A stretch of 64,000 nucleotides of DNA, taken from IMG/VR virus record IMGVR_UViG_3300015606_001334, positions 1-64,000 of that record; one strand, given 5' to 3'. How positions within the stretch are numbered: the first letter of the stretch is position 1; the number at the start of each line of letters is the position of its first letter. This DNA comes from a virus. Taxonomy: Duplodnaviria; Caudoviricetes. The position numbers and the translations under genes were made by a program. Below are positions 58,509-64,000 of the stretch, piece after piece. The notes beneath the pieces are model-generated. The model was not told where the DNA came from and did not search any database. It saw only the letters and a program-made list of their open reading frames with translations.

Positions 58509-58886
58509 TTAAGATCCAACGGATCTTTTTAGTCTAGCGAAGTACTTCTTAATATCGCCTTCTTCATCGAAGCTGTGGATTGGCATTCCACCATATTGAC
58601 AGTCTATTTTTCCATTCTTAGGAATGTCGATATAGACTTCAATTACTACCCACTGCTCTTCTTCATCGTCAAGCCATGCATATTGATACCCATGGGATTT
58701 TGATTTCTCATAGAAACCAGCATAAGCAAAATAGCCTAGCTTTTCAGCTTGAAGGATTGAATGAACTTCAGTTCCTTCGTCATACCCAGAATTTTTTAGA
58801 AGCTCGGCAATGTCAGAAGCTGTCAACTTAGTTGCGTTGAAGTCTTGAACTCTGCCTAATGATTCAAAAAGCTCTCTTAATTCCAT
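58509..58886 (-). CDS. hypothetical protein between the tRNAs
   Basis: SD directly after the tRNA-Thr CCA; MELRELFES. Confidence 0.6.
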   Translation of the reverse strand: MELRELFESLGRVQDFNATKLTASDIAELLKNSGYDEGTEVHSILQAEKLGYFAYAGFYEKSKSHGYQYAWLDDEEEQWVVIEVYIDIPKNGKIDCQYGGMPIHSFDEEGDIKKYFARLKRSVGS

Positions 58887-58896
58887 GGTTTCCTTT

Positions 58897-58972
58897 TGGT
58901 GCTACTGATCGGGATTGAACCGATGACCTCTTCCTTACCAAGAAAGTGCTCTACCAACTGAGCTACAGCAGC
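58897..58972 (-). tRNA. tRNA-Thr(GGT)
   Basis: 76 nt cloverleaf GCTGCTG...CTTTC-TTGGTAA-GGAAG...TTCAATC...CAGTAGC-A-CCA. Confidence 0.95.
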
Positions 58973-58996
58973 ATACCCTCACTGTAATAGTAAGGG

Positions 58997-59004
58997 TATT
59001 TATA
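58997..59004 (-). promoter_or_regulatory. late promoter driving the tRNA-ORF-tRNA-ORF unit
   Basis: TATAAATA 24 nt upstream of tRNA-Thr. Confidence 0.7.
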
Positions 59005-59021
59005 CAAAACCGACGTATTTT

Positions 59022-59516
59022 TTATCGGCGCTTTGCACTTACTGCCGAAGGCTTAAAGGAAGACGAGGAAGAAGGCGCACTGAAGCTGGTCTTCGGAGCA
59101 GTAACGGTTTGCATCGACTTGGCCGCCACAGGGTTAAACGTCTGCTTTGGTGCAGGAGCCGGGGCAGCTTGGGCGACTGGAGCTTGGATTACCGGACGAG
59201 CAGGAGCAGGAGCCGAAACTGTCGTAGTAGGACGGTACACGTTGGTAGTGGTGGTTGCCGGCTTGTCTGCGTTCGCCTTGCCTGCAAGGTAAGCTGCGGT
59301 ACCAATGGCTGCTGCGCCAACCAACGCGGTGCCAGTGCCGATACCATCATGCTGTTGAACAACTACCGGAGCTTGCTGCGGGTATTGTCCTTGCGGATAC
59401 TGGGAGTACTGAGGAGCAGGTTGCTGAACGTACTGGGTTTGCGGAGCTGGGTGATTGTCACAAGCAGACAGAGTAGCAGCGAGGGCCAGAGCAACCAAGA
59501 GAGACTTTTTCATCAT
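59022..59516 (-). CDS. low-complexity lipoprotein
   Basis: Lipobox LALAATLSAC; P/Q/A/S-rich. Confidence 0.65.
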   Translation of the reverse strand: MMKKSLLVALALAATLSACDNHPAPQTQYVQQPAPQYSQYPQGQYPQQAPVVVQQHDGIGTGTALVGAAAIGTAAYLAGKANADKPATTTTNVYRPTTTVSAPAPARPVIQAPVAQAAPAPAPKQTFNPVAAKSMQTVTAPKTSFSAPSSSSSFKPSAVSAKRR

Positions 59517-59704
59517 TTTTCCTTTGAGTTAAACATTTGGTTAAAAAGGGTTTCAACAGCTTGTTCGGCTTCTGTAAAGCCAGGAAGTGACCGATTACGA
59601 ATCCACATATTGTATTTCAGCCACTTCACATTCTGTTTCTGCGAGATGTCCTTACGAAGAACAGGAACATCAGCCATTTCCAGAAATTTTTCGAGGGTTG
59701 TCAT
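59513..59704 (-). CDS. hypothetical protein
   Basis: 63 aa, ATGA overlaps at both ends. Confidence 0.55.
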   Translation of the reverse strand: MTTLEKFLEMADVPVLRKDISQKQNVKWLKYNMWIRNRSLPGFTEAEQAVETLFNQMFNSKEK

Positions 59705-60066
59705 TGTGCACCTTCTTGGATCATTTCGATTTCGCGCTGGAGACGCTCAATTTGTTCGCGTCGCTCAGCAATTTCTCGAGCCTTCTTCTGATCCTTGAAG
59801 GTGCTACGCAACAGAACTGTGTGCTCAGAGAGAATGAATTTGCCGACAACGCAGGTATCAACTTTATCAAAATTGCTATACGGAAAGTTGAAGGAATCTT
59901 CTGCAGTTTTGATTGCCTTGGCTTCAGTCATTACTTCAGCTTGCCGCGTAGAAGTTGCAATGTACGGATAACCACCAGAATGGGAGTCTTCTGCGTAATA
60001 ACCCAGAAAATTACCCTCTTTGTCGTAGTATTCGATACTGAATTCGCGACCTTGACCATCTGACAT
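59701..60066 (-). CDS. early hypothetical protein
   Basis: GGAGG SD; D..SGGYPY motif; coiled-coil C-terminus. Confidence 0.6.
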   Translation of the reverse strand: MSDGQGREFSIEYYDKEGNFLGYYAEDSHSGGYPYIATSTRQAEVMTEAKAIKTAEDSFNFPYSNFDKVDTCVVGKFILSEHTVLLRSTFKDQKKAREIAERREQIERLQREIEMIQEGAQ

Positions 60067-60080
60067 CTTGTAACCTCCAT

Positions 60081-60128
60081 CGAGAGTAGTTGAAAAGAAT
60101 TATATCAACTACTCTCGAAAAAGTAAAC
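60081..60128 (-). promoter_or_regulatory. early promoter with -10 in the loop of a perfect 13-bp inverted repeat
   Basis: GTTTACT...CGAGAGTAGTTGA-TATAATTCTTT-TCAACTACTCTCG. Confidence 0.8.
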
Positions 60129-60382
60129 TAGTTTTGCAACGTTTGACGATACTCAGCAACCGTCAAAAAGAGCGATTCATCTCTTGGCCGTTGGTATCCC
60201 AAATCCCTTTCCCAATCACTATGATATTTGGAATGATGCCAAATGTACCAGCAATTCACATTGCCAGGTTTATCTTCAGAATAATACCACTTAGCCCATC
60301 TCATGAAAGTAGGACGTTGACAATAGTCCAAAGGATTGGCAAGCTGCACGTGAGTACAGCCCCAAGGAATTTCAATAGTCAT
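60128..60382 (-). CDS. hypothetical protein
   Basis: 84 aa, IPWGCTH motif. Confidence 0.45.
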   Translation of the reverse strand: MTIEIPWGCTHVQLANPLDYCQRPTFMRWAKWYYSEDKPGNVNCWYIWHHSKYHSDWERDLGYQRPRDESLFLTVAEYRQTLQN

Positions 60383-60767
60383 CTGGAAGTGTCACCGCAT
60401 ATCGACCATTCATATAGGTATCACCCCGCTTTTTCCCTTCTACCCCGATCAAGCTAGTATTCTCAACTGCCATATTCACTGAATCGTAGCAGATGACACC
60501 CTTCACTTTTATACCTTGTCGCTTTGCGATAAAAGTGAAATGATCAGGGAACATTGGGTTATCTTGATACCCTCGGTAAGTGCAAATCATACTAGCTTCT
60601 TGTACGACAGCACCACCTCTAACAAATTTGACATCTGTCCAGCCAGATGCTGTCAGTAGGGTTAGGGCTTTTGACTGTGCTTTTGCTCTTTCCTCGCCGG
60701 AAAAATCGCATGCTGACATCAAAATCAGCAAAAGCCCTACGAAGATGTAATGACTAAACTTTTTCAT
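60372..60767 (-). CDS. lipoprotein
   Basis: MKKFSH...LLILMSAC lipobox. Confidence 0.55.
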   Translation of the reverse strand: MKKFSHYIFVGLLLILMSACDFSGEERAKAQSKALTLLTASGWTDVKFVRGGAVVQEASMICTYRGYQDNPMFPDHFTFIAKRQGIKVKGVICYDSVNMAVENTSLIGVEGKKRGDTYMNGRYAVTLPDDY

Positions 60768-61366
60768 TCTGCATATCCTTCCCATTCATCAGTGTAAACC
60801 TTTTTCAACCTATCCAAATATTCAAGGGTCTTAATCTTGACCATGAAGTCTTCACCTTTGCAGATAACTCCTTCATAGACTGGATATTTCCCTTCACGAA
60901 CATCCTGAATGAACTGAGTGTTCAAATTTCCTTCATAGACAACTTCAGCTCCCCAATCTTGATGACTGAATAGCTTTGCGAAAGGACGAGGAGGAATGAA
61001 TCCTTGTTTGAAAACAAAAACATCAAGCAATCTCAACTCTTTAGGTTCGTCATGATCATGAGAACCTGCAAAGCTAGATTTACCGAAGAACTCCGTGAAA
61101 GCTGTAATTCTTTCGGGTTTTCTTCCACAGAAATGTTTGGTTGCGTCAACTACCGCAGGACCAACAACGTCCATGAAAGGTTCGATTGCTTGATTGTAAA
61201 GCGGAGTATTTGCGTCAAATAGCTGACGACGAGTTCCGTATTTTACCCAACCTCTTTTGGGATTCCATTCCCAACGGAGATTTGAGCCGTCATACTTGTA
61301 GAACGCGATGCATTTTTTACCGAGAGGAGCGTCCTTGCTCCCAATGATAGATGGGTACTGTAACAT
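60764..61366 (-). CDS. minimal ATP-dependent RNA ligase-like adenylyltransferase
   Basis: YP.I, motif I KYDGSN, FTEFFG, LLDV, YEGVICK, VKIKT. Confidence 0.7.
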   Translation of the reverse strand: MLQYPSIIGSKDAPLGKKCIAFYKYDGSNLRWEWNPKRGWVKYGTRRQLFDANTPLYNQAIEPFMDVVGPAVVDATKHFCGRKPERITAFTEFFGKSSFAGSHDHDEPKELRLLDVFVFKQGFIPPRPFAKLFSHQDWGAEVVYEGNLNTQFIQDVREGKYPVYEGVICKGEDFMVKIKTLEYLDRLKKVYTDEWEGYAE

Positions 61367-61420
61367 AAAAAGCCTTATTTGAAATTGTAGAAATGGTTAC
61401 TTGATTGGCTTTACAGACCT

Positions 61421-61780
61421 TCATGATACAGTACCTCCTTCATCCGGTAGTTTTGGTGGATCAGTACGAATGCACTCATCCAAATTTATTTCGTGATTGA
61501 TACCTGGGAAAACCCATTTCATGAAATCGCAACCATATTTGATTGCGTCTTCCATTTTATCAAATTGTTGTCGCCCAAAAGGACGACCTGATCGAACGCT
61601 CGGCAGATCAATCATCAATTCGTAGTACGTAGAAAAGAAAAATTTTCTACGGCGTACGGTAAAGGCTAAGACATAGACGTTAAGTGTGCAATATGCCACA
61701 ATCTCAGGGATAAAACCTCCTCGGTCAGCAGGCATATTCTTGCCTTCTTCATAGAGATTTAATATCGCCAAACGGTCCAT
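61421..61780 (-). CDS. hypothetical protein
   Basis: 119 aa. Confidence 0.5.
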   Translation of the reverse strand: MDRLAILNLYEEGKNMPADRGGFIPEIVAYCTLNVYVLAFTVRRRKFFFSTYYELMIDLPSVRSGRPFGRQQFDKMEDAIKYGCDFMKWVFPGINHEINLDECIRTDPPKLPDEGGTVS

Positions 61781-61792
61781 GTCTTATCCTAT

Positions 61793-61978
61793 TTACTTAT
61801 GTCGATTCTTGATCTTCTTCATCACTTCTTCGCCGATGCGCTGGGTAAGTTGTCGCTCGGTCATATGAGCACCTACACCAGCATCCATGATCGGTTCCAA
61901 AGGAATTGAGATTGTCATCGTCAGTTCAGGGGCAAACGTTGTCGGGTTTACCTCAAGTGTTGGATCAGAGATCCGCAT
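61793..61978 (-). CDS. hypothetical protein
   Basis: 61 aa, TAATG overlap. Confidence 0.45.
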   Translation of the reverse strand: MRISDPTLEVNPTTFAPELTMTISIPLEPIMDAGVGAHMTERQLTQRIGEEVMKKIKNRHK

Positions 61979-62559
61979 TACAGTTCCAGCAAAGCGTAAC
62001 GCTTGCCAGAGATTTCCACGATGCCGTAGCTTTCGCCAGTCTTCGGATGTTCACTGAAACCTTGGAACTTCAGGTTCGGCACGAACTTGGCAGATTGGTC
62101 GAGAGCACGTTTGATCGTGTTCTTGGTCGGGACATCCCAACCTTTGGGTTTATTTACAACTACCGGCTGAGCAGTCAAACGCTGAGCATCAGACATCGCA
62201 GCAGTAGTCGCTGGCTTCGGATCGGGAGTCTTCGTCAAAGCAGACTTTTCAGCCTTACGAGCAGCCCGGAACTTTTCGCTGGTGTTGAAGTACTGGTCGT
62301 ACCAAACGGCGAACGGCATTTCTTCAGTATTGCCGACACCAGATTCAGGAATCATGACAACGACAGTGTCACCATACAACTTGAACAGAGACAGAGGTTT
62401 ACGCTCCATCTTCTCATGATGCTTCGTCTGCAAAGCCAAATGGCTCGCGAACGCGGAAAGAGACGACCAAATTTTGCCATTGGCTTTCCAACCAACAGTC
62501 TCGCCGCCAGTGGAATACAATTGGACACCAGTTCCATTTTTACGGATTCGATACAGCAT
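61978..62559 (-). CDS. hypothetical protein
   Basis: Likely start MLYRIRK at 62559; LYSTGG...W..NGKIW motif. Confidence 0.55.
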   Translation of the reverse strand: MLYRIRKNGTGVQLYSTGGETVGWKANGKIWSSLSAFASHLALQTKHHEKMERKPLSLFKLYGDTVVVMIPESGVGNTEEMPFAVWYDQYFNTSEKFRAARKAEKSALTKTPDPKPATTAAMSDAQRLTAQPVVVNKPKGWDVPTKNTIKRALDQSAKFVPNLKFQGFSEHPKTGESYGIVEISGKRYALLEL

Positions 62560-62788
62560 TTTGTTTCCTTTCTTTTCGTTCACGTCGAATTTCTTTTGCG
62601 GTTTCAGTTGCTGCCACTTCACCGTATCCGTGCCATCTGCACGAATCTTGAATTTCTTCAGGCGAAAAGTCTTCGTAAGACTCGCAATCTCCTGATGCAA
62701 GATTCGGACACAGATAACCACAATTACCTGCAATCCCATAAGAATCGCAAATACTCATACCAACGGGGTAATGATCAGCTAGGCTCAT
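62540..62788 (-). CDS. Cys-rich small protein
   Basis: C...G..G.CG..CP.L..G.C; directly after a promoter. Confidence 0.5.
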   Translation of the reverse strand: MSLADHYPVGMSICDSYGIAGNCGYLCPNLASGDCESYEDFSPEEIQDSCRWHGYGEVAATETAKEIRRERKERKQNAVSNP

Positions 62789-62790
62789 GT

Positions 62791-62824
62791 AAGAATTATA
62801 ATCAGTAATTCTTGTATTGTAAAC
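62791..62824 (-). promoter_or_regulatory. early promoter inside an 8-bp inverted repeat
   Basis: GTTTACA...TATAAT; arms AAGAATTA / TAATTCTT. Confidence 0.65.
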
Positions 62825-63329
62825 TGCCCTTTAGTTTTTTCTTCATTTCCAGCAAACCACCTTCAAAGCTATGTGTGAAATACACGTTATGGCTTTTGAA
62901 CGACTTATGCGCCAACGTCACCTTAACGTTTTGAGCTCTCGTGTATTTCGGATCGCAAGCAACAACTATCTGCTTTGATGACATTGGATTCCCTTGCAAA
63001 AGACCCAATTCGTACAAAGAGATTGGCGAAATCGTATCTGCTGCCAAGTGCATAAAGATGAAATGACATTTCGTGATTGAGTTCAATTCCCAATTGATTT
63101 GCTCAGCAATCAGAGCTTCATCGGGTGCAACTACTCTCCGTGGATTGTAGATACTAATGTCGAGGTCACGAAGTCGCCGAATAGCTTTTGCTTGCCAGTC
63201 TGGTGAATTGCCCATCTCAATCGTTCCAGCCAAGAAAATTGAAATGTCATCTTCTGAACCAATGTTTTCTGATTCAGGGGTAAACACCTTGGCTGGAAAT
63301 TTCGACTCAAGCAAAGCGTTGTATTTCAT
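62802..63329 (-). CDS. nucleoside 2-deoxyribosyltransferase-like protein
   Basis: IFLAGTI.MG..PDWQ, YNPRR, EQINWE, SPISLYELG. Confidence 0.8.
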   Translation of the reverse strand: MKYNALLESKFPAKVFTPESENIGSEDDISIFLAGTIEMGNSPDWQAKAIRRLRDLDISIYNPRRVVAPDEALIAEQINWELNSITKCHFIFMHLAADTISPISLYELGLLQGNPMSSKQIVVACDPKYTRAQNVKVTLAHKSFKSHNVYFTHSFEGGLLEMKKKLKGSLQYKNY

Positions 63330-63727
63330 AGCAGCTTCAATTCTTTCGTGAATGGGTCGATTCTTTCAGGATAGTCCGGCCCGATACCAATGCAGGTGAG
63401 AGTAGGAACTCCACCAAACTCGGTCAAACCGCTATCAATGATCTTTGACACTGGAATTCCAAAAGCCAAGACATCTTCGTAAAGGGCTTCAAGAGCCGCC
63501 TCAGAATCGATACCAACGCAGATCTTCTTGAATGGACCATTCAGCCAAGCGTCAAGAGCGGAACCGACTGGAATGGTCAGCTTACGACGCTCATAGAGCT
63601 CGGTATATTCGGACTCCATCATGTTGAGAATGACGGCCATCGAAGCATGAGATGCTTGGGCTGCCATTTTACCTTTGCGCATGTTCAGATCGGTGCGCAT
63701 CACGATTACTTGTTTTGGTTGGCTCAT
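63326..63727 (-). CDS. pth2: peptidyl-tRNA hydrolase Pth2
   Basis: KQVIVMRTDLNMRKGKMAAQASHA, KKICV, IIDSGLTEF, TCIGIGP, T..LKLL. Confidence 0.93.
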   Translation of the reverse strand: MSQPKQVIVMRTDLNMRKGKMAAQASHASMAVILNMMESEYTELYERRKLTIPVGSALDAWLNGPFKKICVGIDSEAALEALYEDVLAFGIPVSKIIDSGLTEFGGVPTLTCIGIGPDYPERIDPFTKELKLL

Positions 63728-63909
63728 CCTATTTCTACTCCTTGTTCTTCGAGGGCTTGTTCAAATGCAAATTTTGCGTCAATGAAGCGTTGTGCGGCCA
63801 AAACTAGGTCATCACAGTCTTCGACATCAATTGCACCTTCTGCGAACTCGTGGAGCTCATATGGAGCCCCTGAAAATTCTTCAACAAATTCTTCGATACT
63901 GTCTGCCAT
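63724..63909 (-). CDS. small acidic protein
   Basis: 61 aa, AAGGAG SD. Confidence 0.5.
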   Translation of the reverse strand: MADSIEEFVEEFSGAPYELHEFAEGAIDVEDCDDLVLAAQRFIDAKFAFEQALEEQGVEIG

Positions 63910-64000
63910 TTTTATTCTCCTTATATTTGGAAGTACTGGGGTTGAAATTTTGGTTCTTCGTAAATGATTGGTACTGAGAAAGTGGTAAGCGAAAATGCGT

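Noticed and set aside
53154-59021. tmRNA gene near smpB
   Set aside because: No intergenic space of ~350 nt and no tRNA-Ala-like ends seen; may lie outside the window
61906-62808. 300 aa plus-strand ORF
   Set aside because: Opposes promoter- and SD-supported minus-strand genes; no motifs
5052-62824. Promoter inverted repeats as a single repressor operator
   Set aside because: Arm sequences and spacings differ between loci, so no shared operator consensus
1-64000. Stop-codon reassignment
   Set aside because: Conserved genes are full length under code 11 and TAA, TGA and TAG all occur as stops; no suppressor tRNA seen

Overview
This 64 kb window is part of a large T4-related (jumbo-like) myovirus genome. 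Genes are dense and mostly on the minus strand. Two promoter classes are visible: T4-early-like (GTTTAC-N17/18-TATAAT) and T4-late-like (TATAAATA). Recognisable content: (i) DNA/nucleotide metabolism: type II topoisomerase subunits, a canonical thymidylate synthase, a second TS-family enzyme with a dCMP-type active-site Asp, DHFR, guanylate kinase, dNMP kinase, DinG helicase, Nudix, MazG-like and two nucleoside-deoxyribosyltransferase-like proteins; (ii) an unusually complete translation-rescue/RNA-repair kit: SmpB, ClpX, ClpP, two Pth2-fold proteins, Ro60/TROVE, two RNA ligases, two HAD phosphatases, a 2H phosphoesterase, tRNA-Gly and tRNA-Thr; (iii) a Ter/TelA stress cluster; (iv) two tail-fibre clusters built from shared modules, one with a frameshifted gene missed by the ORF track; (v) two free-standing homing endonucleases; (vi) several late genes with capsid-targeting-like N-termini, including nucleotidyltransferases. 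Many early promoters have their -10 box inside a locus-specific inverted repeat. All product calls come from motif recognition by eye; no database searches were run.
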